Position numbers and translations under genes: made by a program. Below are positions 9,985-19,775 of a DNA stretch of 64,000 nucleotides, one piece after another. The stretch is from an uncultured bacterium (GTDB lineage: Bacteria > Krumholzibacteriota > Krumholzibacteriia > Krumholzibacteriales > Krumholzibacteriaceae), in assembly GCA_963786935.1 (NCBI GenBank), contig CAWBAN010000001.1, positions 1,216,001 through 1,280,000 on the forward strand, given 5' to 3'. The notes under the pieces are model-generated. The model was not told the DNA's origin and made no database searches. It worked only from the letters and a program-made list of their open reading frames with translations. Positions within the stretch are counted from its first letter, which is position 1. Each line of letters starts with the position of its first letter.

Positions 9985-11010
9985 GTGGAAAAGACGAACA
10001 TCAAGAACCTCTCCATACGCGAGATCGCGACTCTCGTCGAAACGCTCGGCGAGAAGCGCCATCGCGCGTCGCAAATTATCAAGTGGCTCTACCAGAAGGG
10101 CTGCGCCGGGTTCTCCGATATGACGAATCTCCCGGCGAGCTTCAGAATCGCCCTCGACGAGCGATGCGCGATCAGTTCGCTCGGGCTCGCGGAAAGTGTA
10201 CGCTCGCCGAACGACGCGAGCCAGAAGTTTCTGCTCGAGTCGGACGATCGCGTCCGCTTCGAGGCGGTGCTCATGGAAGCGCGCGGTCGCCGGACCATCT
10301 GTATCTCGAGCCAGGCCGGGTGCGCGCTCGGCTGCACGCTCTGCAGGACGGGGGAGGGAGGATTCGAACGGGATCTGCGAAGCGACGAGATACTCAACCA
10401 GATCCTCTTCTTCAAGAAGGGCTACCTGCCGCCGCGCGAGCGGTTCAACGTCGTCTTCATGGGCATGGGGGAACCGCTCCTCAATCTCGAGAACGTGTCG
10501 AGAGCCCTCGAGATCATCAACGCCGAGGAAGGCTTCGCGCTCGGCGAGAAGCGGATCACGGTGAGCACGGTCGGTATTCCGGCGGCCATGCGCGAGCTCG
10601 CTCGCCGCGATCTCAAATTCATGCTCGCGCTGTCGCTCAACGCGACGACGGACGAGACGCGCCGGCGGCTCATGCCCGCATCCCGCGGCATCGACGACAC
10701 GCTCGCCGCCGCCCTCGAGTTCGCCCGCTCGCGCAAGACGCGGGTCACGATCGAGTACGTGCTCGTCGACGGGGTCAACGATTTCGTCGAGGACGCGCGG
10801 CGGCTCGCCGCCCTCACGAGGGGCAAGCCGTTCAAGATCAACCTCATCCCCTTCAACGAGTGGGACGGATGCCCGTACCGCCGGCCGTCGGAGGAGCGGA
10901 TCGAGCAGTTCCTCGCGCCGCTGCTCCCCTCCGCCCCCGCGGTCACCGTGCGCAGAAGCCAGGGGAACGACATCAGCGCCGCGTGCGGCCAGCTCCGGTG
11001 GCGGCGCTGA
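9985..11010 (+). CDS. rlmN: 23S rRNA A2503 / tRNA A37 C2-methyltransferase RlmN
   Basis: GTG start at 9985. CISSQAGCALGCTLC radical SAM motif, VFMGMGEPL, ITVSTVG, INLIPFN, ISAACGQL. Confidence 0.93.
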   Translation: MEKTNIKNLSIREIATLVETLGEKRHRASQIIKWLYQKGCAGFSDMTNLPASFRIALDERCAISSLGLAESVRSPNDASQKFLLESDDRVRFEAVLMEARGRRTICISSQAGCALGCTLCRTGEGGFERDLRSDEILNQILFFKKGYLPPRERFNVVFMGMGEPLLNLENVSRALEIINAEEGFALGEKRITVSTVGIPAAMRELARRDLKFMLALSLNATTDETRRRLMPASRGIDDTLAAALEFARSRKTRVTIEYVLVDGVNDFVEDARRLAALTRGKPFKINLIPFNEWDGCPYRRPSEERIEQFLAPLLPSAPAVTVRRSQGNDISAACGQLRWRR

Positions 11011-11015
11011 CGGGC

Positions 11016-12086
11016 CTATTTCGCGAGGAGCATCTTTCCCGCCGCGCTCGATTGCCCGAATCGCACCGCGTAGAAGTAGACGCCGCTCGGCGCGGGATTC
11101 CCCCGATCGTCCCTGCCGTCCCAGCGGGCGGTGAACTCGCTCCCCGAGACGGCGCCTCCCTCGATTCGCCTCACGAGCGAGCCGTCGACACGGTAAATCG
11201 ACACGTCGATTTCATGGGGATCCGCCGGCGGCGCGCCGCCGAACACGACCCGGATCGTCGTCGACGGATTGAACGGATTCGGATAGTTGGACAGAGCAAG
11301 AGCTGCCCCGGACGGCCGCGCGGCGCCGGCGACCGTCGCGGGCGCGACGAGCGCGACGAAGTAATCCTCGAGGCCGGGAACGTCGCCGGGAAGGGGAAGC
11401 GTCGCATTCTCGATGCCTCCCGCTGCGCGCGCGTCGCTGCCGCCGAAGAGCCAGCGGAAATCCTCGGCGAAGATCTCGGTCGGTCTGCTCGCGCGGGGAG
11501 CATTCTCCGAATAGACGGCGCCGTCGTCGATGCCGCGCAGCGCGAGATAACGCTGCCAGGCGTTCCCGCTCTCCCGCGGGGCGAATCGGAACTGGAACGC
11601 ATGGCCGAGCTCGTGCGCTGCGGTGTGCGCAACGATGCGGCGGTCGATCTCGAAGACTCCCGGAGATAGAAAGATCCTGTTGTTGCATGCGGAGCTCGTG
11701 AGTATCCCCGCGCGCGGAAGGGGAAGGACATAAACCTCGATATCCATGGCGAGCTTATCCCCTCCCACGTCCACCTGCGCGAGCGCCTCGATCACGAGAT
11801 CCGCGTTCATCGGGTGAAACGAACCGTCCCCTTTGTTCGCGATCCTCGAATCGAGGATGTCTTCGATGAGCTGATATTCCGCGCCGTCGGCGAGCCGCAG
11901 GATCAATCGGCCGGTCGCATCCCGGAACGTCATCGCCAGCACATCTTCGGGGGTATATAGCCTGATTGCGAGGCCGTTTTGAAGCAGGAGCTGGGAATTT
12001 TCGCCAGCCGCTCCCTGAGCCGGTGCGAGGAGGCTCGAGCCGAGAAGGAGCATCAAGACTGCGATTATCCTATTTGAATTAAACAT
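11016..12086 (-). CDS. Secreted zinc metallopeptidase-like protein with C-terminal FlgD-Ig/T9SS-like sorting domain
   Basis: Signal peptide, AHELGH plus downstream EIFAEDF third ligand; C-terminal NYPNPFNP...WDGRDDRG...SGVYFY. Confidence 0.8.
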   Translation of the reverse strand: MFNSNRIIAVLMLLLGSSLLAPAQGAAGENSQLLLQNGLAIRLYTPEDVLAMTFRDATGRLILRLADGAEYQLIEDILDSRIANKGDGSFHPMNADLVIEALAQVDVGGDKLAMDIEVYVLPLPRAGILTSSACNNRIFLSPGVFEIDRRIVAHTAAHELGHAFQFRFAPRESGNAWQRYLALRGIDDGAVYSENAPRASRPTEIFAEDFRWLFGGSDARAAGGIENATLPLPGDVPGLEDYFVALVAPATVAGAARPSGAALALSNYPNPFNPSTTIRVVFGGAPPADPHEIDVSIYRVDGSLVRRIEGGAVSGSEFTARWDGRDDRGNPAPSGVYFYAVRFGQSSAAGKMLLAK

Positions 12087-12158
12087 GTTGCTTCGCTTCC
12101 CTCGTCTCCGGATCGAAGCTTTGGGTCACGGCCGCCTCGATCCCGCGCCCAATGAAGG

Positions 12159-12174
12159 TGCAACCTATATTCCC
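12159..12174 (-). promoter_or_regulatory. Candidate sigma54 promoter for the secreted metallopeptidase
   Basis: Minus strand GGGAAT-ATAGG-TTGCA (GG-N10-GC); shares AGGTTGC with the 3029-3043 promoter; AT-rich IHF-like patches upstream near 12265-12285. Confidence 0.45.
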
Positions 12175-12505
12175 GCATAAGCTTAATCCATTGGCCAGAA
12201 CGTCACCCGTTCGCTCGACAGGAGCCGTCTCCCAGGCATCCGGCGCCGGGAACACAAGAATTGCTTTATTATTAAATCAGTTATGACAGTCGAGAAGGAG
12301 CGGCCATGAATCGGAGCAGGCGGCGCCGGGGAAGAAATAGTCTCGCGGAGGGCGCATCAACCCTTCGGACGAAAGAGCAGAATCGGGTATTTTAGCCCAA
12401 CCGTGGCGTCATGACGACGCGATGAAGACCAACAACTGTTTTATTATTAAGCTATTACAGAAGATACCCGCAGCGAATGCCCCGATGGGAAAAAATCCGT
12501 ACGCG

Positions 12506-14032
12506 CTAGAAATCAGTGCCGGCCGTCATGTAGAACGCGGGAGAGTCCGTCCCGTCGGTCGCCATTTCGAGCCGGAACAGATCCCGGAACGGGGAGATTA
12601 TCTCCATGCCGACGCCGCCCGTCGTATAGAACCGTTCGTTGCCCGCGTCGCGGATGTCGTCCATGAGGGCTCCGTTATCGATGAAAGCGACCCAGTTCAC
12701 CGTGACGTCGAATTTCCCGATGAACGGAAGCTCCAGCACCCGGGTGCCCATGATCTGAACGCGGTACTGGATCGTCGAGACGAGCTTGACCGTGCCGCGG
12801 AGCTCGTTGTCCCTGAATCCGCGGACGTCCCGAACGCCGCCGAGCTTCATCTGCAGGTACGTCGGCGTGTCCCCTTCCCGAATATCCCCGTCGACGCCGA
12901 CGACGAACGCGCGGTATTCTCCCGTCGGGATGTAGAAATAATCCGAGAATCCGTAGAAAATATAGTCCTGCACGGGGCCGGCGACGGTCGTGAGCCGCCT
13001 CAGCATCAGCCGGTGACGCATGCCGTTGAACGGCGAGTTGTGGTCATCTCTGCTGTCGTACTCGAGCTCGGCCCCGGCGGCGACGTAATCCTGGGTGTGG
13101 AGCTCGCAGGAGTACACGCCGGCATCGTCGATGAGCGCGAGCTTCGATTCCCGCCGCTCGAGCGAAACGTTCGCCCTGAACCAGAGCTGCTTCATGAGGC
13201 TCTGCGTGAGCGGCACGCCGAAACCGACACCGGTCATGTAATATCGCTTGAGGAATTCCTCTTCGGGATTCACCGGCTGATCGAGCCGCCGGTATGCGCT
13301 GGCGTCGAAGCGGAAGTTCAGCCGGCGCCCGAGGAACCAGGGACTGTTCCAGAAAAGGCCGGCCACCTCATCCACGTCGTGTCTCATGAGCACGGAAACG
13401 CCGAGATCCTCGCCGAGCCCCCGGAAGTTCTTGATCTTCCAGGTGGCGCCGTAGCTCAGGCCCCGCTGAAAATCGTAATTGACGACGGGATAGGGGAGGC
13501 GCATGAAGACGGCGGAGCGCTCGGCGATCGTCACGATGAGCCGGCATTTCCCGGACTCCGCCGGCTCCGCGGTCATGCTCACCGCCGCGAAATAACCGAG
13601 ACCGCGCAGGTACGCCTCGTCTCTGCGGACCAGCCGCTCGTCGAGGACGCCGCCCGGCTTGCTCACCATCTCGCGGAGAATCGCGATCGACTTCGTGTGG
13701 TCGTTGCCGACGACGGCGATCGAATCGATCGTCGAGCCGTAGAACGGCTCGAGCCGCTTGTGCTCGGGATCGAGATCCGGCGGCGCGACGTCCGGGGCGC
13801 CGCCCGCCTCCCCCGTTCCCCGCCGCGCCCAATCGAACAGGGAATGTCCGGCGGCGGCCCGGGCATACGGGTTCTGCGCCGCGGCCCGATCGCGCTCCGC
13901 GCGCACCCCGGGTTCCCCGGCGCGAGCCCGGGGCGCGGCGAGCGCGGCAAGAGCGACGAGAGAGATCGCGAGAACTCGCGCGCGTGATGCAGGAATCGCT
14001 GTTGCCCGATGCGCACAGGAAAATGAATCCAC
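12506..14032 (-). CDS. Omp85 (BamA/TamA-like) outer membrane protein with a POTRA domain
   Basis: POTRA segment IDSIAVVGNDHTKSIAILREM...LRGLGYF, NFRGLG, LGG..DVRGF motif, C-terminal Phe. Start codon uncertain. Confidence 0.85.
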   Translation of the reverse strand: MDSFSCAHRATAIPASRARVLAISLVALAALAAPRARAGEPGVRAERDRAAAQNPYARAAAGHSLFDWARRGTGEAGGAPDVAPPDLDPEHKRLEPFYGSTIDSIAVVGNDHTKSIAILREMVSKPGGVLDERLVRRDEAYLRGLGYFAAVSMTAEPAESGKCRLIVTIAERSAVFMRLPYPVVNYDFQRGLSYGATWKIKNFRGLGEDLGVSVLMRHDVDEVAGLFWNSPWFLGRRLNFRFDASAYRRLDQPVNPEEEFLKRYYMTGVGFGVPLTQSLMKQLWFRANVSLERRESKLALIDDAGVYSCELHTQDYVAAGAELEYDSRDDHNSPFNGMRHRLMLRRLTTVAGPVQDYIFYGFSDYFYIPTGEYRAFVVGVDGDIREGDTPTYLQMKLGGVRDVRGFRDNELRGTVKLVSTIQYRVQIMGTRVLELPFIGKFDVTVNWVAFIDNGALMDDIRDAGNERFYTTGGVGMEIISPFRDLFRLEMATDGTDSPAFYMTAGTDF

Positions 14033-14081
14033 GCCTCAAGATAACAGGGGAATGAAGCGCTGTCAAAGGGGCAGAGACCCC

Positions 14082-15335
14082 TCAGGGCTGCGGCGTCGGT
14101 TTCGGCGCGCGGGAGAGCGCTCCCCCCTTCGAGACGATGAAGGCGCCGACCCCCGTCATGACGGCCACGAAGTTTGCCAGCCCCCCGACCGCGCGCAGCA
14201 GCGCGCGGGCCGGTCCCATCCAGGGATTGAAGAACATGAACGCGGCGATGATGCCGAGGATCGAGAGCAGGAAGACGCCGATGAAACCGTGCACGAACAC
14301 CGATTCCCGCTCGATGTTGAATTTCCGCGAGACGAAGGCGCCGAGCGCGAGCGCGCTCACGAAGTAGCCGAGCACGAACAGGGCGACGAAGGAGAGCACG
14401 AGGAGCACGGCGACCGGGATGCCGACGATCGTGATCGCGAGAATGATCGCGAGCACGGCGACGAGCACGGTGCCGGCGATGAGCACGAGGAGCCCCACGC
14501 CGAACGATTTCAGAAAGGAGCCGCCCGCGTGCGCCGCGGCGTTGCTCATGCGCGGCGCGATGAAATAGAGCACCATGAGCATGAGAAGCAGCGTGATGAC
14601 GAACAGAATGACCTTGGCGACCGCTCCCCCGACGCTCTCGCCGAAGGGGCCGATCGGAAACACGAGACCGTTCCGGTGGTGTCTCCCGATGACGGCCGTT
14701 TCTCCGCGGACGATCGATCCGTCCGCCCGGTCAACCTCGCCGAGAATGGAGACGAGCTCGCCGTTCACGATGGCGTTTTCGCCGAGGTCGACGGAGCCGA
14801 GAATCGCGGCGACATCCCCCATCACCTTGCCCTCGATGATGATGTCTCCGAAGATCGAGACGACGTCGCCGTTGACGAGCTCGTCGGGACCGATGACGAT
14901 CTTCTTGCCGAACTGCACGACGTCGGAGCCCTTGACTCGGAAGAACCGCTTGTCCTCGTCCTCGTCGAAAACCGCGGCGAGCGATTCGGGAAGATCCTCG
15001 AGGTGCTCGGCGACCTTCCTGTTGAGCCGGTCCAGTTTTGCCGCGTCGATATCGAGGATGACCCTCTCGGAGCCGTCCTCCGCCTCGATCTGGATGCCCT
15101 CGTCCGATATCGTGATCTTCGACGCCTTCTCCGGGGCCGCGGCCTTCACCGGCGCCTTGGCCGCCGGCGCGGGCTTCGGGGGCGAGACGGTGTCGGCGGA
15201 CGCGGCGACGCAGGTGACCGTGACCGACGCGCGGGAGACGTCCCGCTGAACGTCCGGCGCGTGCAAACCGCCCGACGCGAATCCGACGATCACGAGCAGC
15301 AGCTTAACAACGGCTCCGTTACAGAATGCCAACAT
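14082..15335 (-). CDS. Membrane protein with bactofilin/polymer-forming beta-helix domain and multiple C-terminal TM helices
   Basis: Repeats VNGDVVSIFGDIIIEGKVMGDVAAILGSVDLGENAIVNGELVSILG, then about 5-6 hydrophobic segments. Confidence 0.8.
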   Translation of the reverse strand: MLAFCNGAVVKLLLVIVGFASGGLHAPDVQRDVSRASVTVTCVAASADTVSPPKPAPAAKAPVKAAAPEKASKITISDEGIQIEAEDGSERVILDIDAAKLDRLNRKVAEHLEDLPESLAAVFDEDEDKRFFRVKGSDVVQFGKKIVIGPDELVNGDVVSIFGDIIIEGKVMGDVAAILGSVDLGENAIVNGELVSILGEVDRADGSIVRGETAVIGRHHRNGLVFPIGPFGESVGGAVAKVILFVITLLLMLMVLYFIAPRMSNAAAHAGGSFLKSFGVGLLVLIAGTVLVAVLAIILAITIVGIPVAVLLVLSFVALFVLGYFVSALALGAFVSRKFNIERESVFVHGFIGVFLLSILGIIAAFMFFNPWMGPARALLRAVGGLANFVAVMTGVGAFIVSKGGALSRAPKPTPQP

Positions 15336-15966
15336 GGGTCTCTCCCTTTCTCCGTGCGGCTCCGAGCATCCGGCGCAGCACGACGGCGATGACGACCAGC
15401 GATACGATCGCCGCGGCGACCTGGGCCGCGTTCATACCGGCCGCGTATCGATGAAGCGCTCTGAGGAGCGTCTGACCGACGATTTCGTAGTTCCGGACGG
15501 CGCCCGCGCCCTTCCAGATCGTTTCGATCCGTTCGAAGAGCGCCCTCGCGAAGATCGCCCCCACCCACAGCGCTTCGGCCCCGTGGCGAATCGTCGCGAG
15601 CATATAATCGAAGAGCGGCTTGTACACGGCGATGAAGAACAGCCCGACCGCCGCGATGATCGAACCGTTGCGCGCGGGGATCGGCACGGCGTTCCACGCC
15701 CTGCCGGCCGCGCGGGCCGCCCGGCGCGCCGGACCGACGCGGTAGGCGGCGATGTCGACGCGGGACAGCACCCGCGCGTCGAAATCGCTCGACGGCTCGA
15801 AGCGGGGAAGCGCGTCGAGCGCGCCGGCGACGAACGCGAATCGCTCGTCCAGGGCGCGGCACGCCTCGCACCCGCGGCGGTGGTTTTCGTATTCCGCCCG
15901 TTCCGCCGGCTCGAGCTCGCCGTCGTGGTACCGCTGGATCAGAAGCCGATACAGATCGCATTCCAT
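15319..15966 (-). CDS. Zinc-finger (ZAS/zf-HC2) anti-sigma factor
   Basis: N-terminal C...YHDGEL...HRRGCEAC (HxxxCxxC) followed by TM segments; in an operon with an ECF sigma. Confidence 0.9.
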   Translation of the reverse strand: MECDLYRLLIQRYHDGELEPAERAEYENHRRGCEACRALDERFAFVAGALDALPRFEPSSDFDARVLSRVDIAAYRVGPARRAARAAGRAWNAVPIPARNGSIIAAVGLFFIAVYKPLFDYMLATIRHGAEALWVGAIFARALFERIETIWKGAGAVRNYEIVGQTLLRALHRYAAGMNAAQVAAAIVSLVVIAVVLRRMLGAARRKGETHVGIL

Positions 15967-15971
15967 ATTGG

Positions 15972-17078
15972 CTACTCCTCCGGCTCGCTCACATCGATGT
16001 CGCCGCTCGCCGTTTCCAGGATCACCGTCGAGGCCCCCTCGCGAACGACGCCGACGAGATAATGCCTGCCCACCTTGGATACCTTGATGGGGAGAACCAT
16101 CGAGATATCCCCCGAGGTCGTCCGCGCCTTGAGCGCGAATCCGCGTTTGAGAATCCGGTCGAATTGCAGCAGGAGCCGTCCGCTCGAGGTCCGCATCTCG
16201 TAGTTCGCGGGCGCTTCCGGCATCGCGTACACGTCGATGTCGCCGCTCGCCGCGGTCGCGGTGACCGCGCCCCGCACGGCGGTGAACTGCGCCGAGCCGC
16301 TCGTGCCGCTGTACTCGACGGCCCGCACCCCTTCCACGTCCACATCTCCCGACGCCGTCTCGACGGCGAGGTCGCCGCCGATCCGTGAAAGCACGATCTC
16401 ACCGGAGGCGCTCCGCACGCTCGCGCTCCCCGTGATGCCGCTCGCGTCGATGCGGCCGCTCGCGCTGCTCAGCACCGCTTCGCCGGAGACGTCCGACACC
16501 GTCATGTCGCCGCTGGCCACGTCGATCTTGAGATCGGCGACGCCGACCGCCTCGACGTCCCCGCTCGCGCAGGTGATCACGGCGGCGCCGCGGACGCTCG
16601 CGAGCTCCACGTCGCCGCTCGCCGAAACGATCTCGACGCCGAGCTCGGGAGGCAGGGAGACGTGCACGTCGACGCTCAGCCCCGCGTAATGCTGCACGAG
16701 CATCGCGAAGATATTGCGGTCGCGGGCCGGACGGTCGGGGTAGCGCACCGAGATTCTCACCTCGGCGCCGTCGCGCGAAACCTCGATATCGGTGAGGTTG
16801 AAGAGGCGATCCGCCTCGTCCTGATCCCTGCCGCGGATGCTCTTCGTGTACTCGCAGAAGATCTCGCTCCGCCCCCGCTCGCCGATCACCTTCACGTCCC
16901 CGCGCGAGTTCTCGACGACGACGCGCGTCGCCCCCGACAGCGGGATTCGTTTCTGGAGCGTTTCCTCGCGCTCGTACGCGAGCGCCGCGGTCGCGGCGAA
17001 CGCGACGAGAAGGATCGTGAGGGCGGCCGCGCGAATCGCGGGGCGCGTGGAAGCGATTGTCACTCGAATGCGTTTCAT
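15972..17078 (-). CDS. DUF4097/adhesin-like beta-strand repeat protein (secreted)
   Basis: Signal peptide and many (T/S)ASGD(V/I)xV repeats. Confidence 0.88.
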   Translation of the reverse strand: MKRIRVTIASTRPAIRAAALTILLVAFAATAALAYEREETLQKRIPLSGATRVVVENSRGDVKVIGERGRSEIFCEYTKSIRGRDQDEADRLFNLTDIEVSRDGAEVRISVRYPDRPARDRNIFAMLVQHYAGLSVDVHVSLPPELGVEIVSASGDVELASVRGAAVITCASGDVEAVGVADLKIDVASGDMTVSDVSGEAVLSSASGRIDASGITGSASVRSASGEIVLSRIGGDLAVETASGDVDVEGVRAVEYSGTSGSAQFTAVRGAVTATAASGDIDVYAMPEAPANYEMRTSSGRLLLQFDRILKRGFALKARTTSGDISMVLPIKVSKVGRHYLVGVVREGASTVILETASGDIDVSEPEE

Positions 17079-17689
17079 AGGTCGTCACCACCCGTTTCCG
17101 CTGAATCCCTCAAAAGCCCTTTCTTCTGAAAGTGCTCGACGATCATGTTGCGAGCCCGGTGAATCCGCGCTTTCACGGTTCCGAGCGGTATACCCAGGGT
17201 GTCCGAAATCTCCTCGTACGACAGCTGCTCCTGGTGCCGGAGGATCACGATGATCCGGTAATGCTCCGGCAGAACGCCCATTGCCTCTTCCAGTATCGCC
17301 ATCATCTCTCTCGATTCCATCTCCCGGTCAGGTCCCGCGGCGGGCGAAGGGATCTGCATGAGAAGATCGTCGTCTCCCCCCGCGACCGGCTGATCGAGCG
17401 AACGGGCACGGTCCTTTTCCCTGCGCAGATAATCGATGCACAGATTCGACGTGATTCGGTTGAGCCAGCTCCCGAACGGATACGTCGGATCGTACCGGTT
17501 GAGCGCGGAGAATACCTTGATGAACACCTCCTGCGCGATATCCTCCGCGACGGTTCGGTTCCGTACCATCCGGAGACAGATGCTGAATACCGACGTCCGA
17601 TATGCGCGCAGCAGCTCTTCAAAGGCCTTCTCATCTCCTCTCAGGCACCGATCGATGAGTTTCTTGTCTTCGTCGCTCAACCCTGACAC
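17075..17689 (-). CDS. ECF sigma-70 factor (SigW/RpoE-like)
   Basis: Region 2 AEDIAQEVFIK...FGSWLNRITSNLCIDYLR; region 4 LSYEEISDTLGIPLGTVKARIHRAR. GTG start. Confidence 0.95.
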   Translation of the reverse strand: MSGLSDEDKKLIDRCLRGDEKAFEELLRAYRTSVFSICLRMVRNRTVAEDIAQEVFIKVFSALNRYDPTYPFGSWLNRITSNLCIDYLRREKDRARSLDQPVAGGDDDLLMQIPSPAAGPDREMESREMMAILEEAMGVLPEHYRIIVILRHQEQLSYEEISDTLGIPLGTVKARIHRARNMIVEHFQKKGLLRDSAETGGDDL

Positions 17690-17696
17690 CCTCTAA

Positions 17697-17721
17697 TACG
17701 AAACCGCGTTTGTAATGTTTC
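17697..17721 (-). promoter_or_regulatory. Autoregulatory ECF promoter
   Basis: GAAAC-N16-CGTA on the minus strand, matching the SigW-type TGAAAC-N16-CGTA consensus; 7 nt before the GTG start. Confidence 0.7.
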
Positions 17722-17834
17722 GCGATGAATGGGAAAAAATCGTTGCATCGAATCACGTTGCCGCCACCAAAATATCAGGTTCTCCCGCGAGTGAAAAGCC
17801 GAATCTCGGCGCAGCGCGAGTCACGCGAATTCGC

Positions 17835-17864
17835 TTGACAGAAGCATACGCGCGACACTAAACT
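17835..17864 (+). promoter_or_regulatory. sigma70 promoter for eno
   Basis: TTGACA-N18-TAAACT upstream of eno. Confidence 0.5.
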
Positions 17865-17912
17865 GTTCGACCAAATAAGCAGCATTACTTGTTGATAGAA
17901 CGGCGGTTATAA

Positions 17913-19609
<1,697 letters not shown>

Positions 19610-19626
19610 TATTACGAGACGTTTAC

Positions 19627-19703
<77 letters not shown>

Positions 19704-19709
19704 CATAGA

Positions 19710-19740
19710 AAGCCCCCGGGGAATCCCGGGGGCTTCTTCG
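19710..19740 (+). terminator. Intrinsic terminator (probably bidirectional)
   Basis: AAGCCCCCGGG-GAAT-CCCGGGGGCTT between the tRNA and a convergent gene. Confidence 0.8.
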
Positions 19741-19775
19741 TTCCCGCCCGGCCGCGCGCGGCATACACCGCGCTC

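Noticed and set aside
9985..11010. Cfr-type resistance methyltransferase
   Set aside because: Motifs (MGMGEPL, ISAACGQL) and chromosomal context fit housekeeping RlmN; no mobile element nearby.
15972..17078. Repeated gtcgccgct-like DNA motifs suggesting a repeat array or CRISPR
   Set aside because: They are in-frame coding repeats (ASGD) of the DUF4097 protein, irregularly spaced, with no cas genes.
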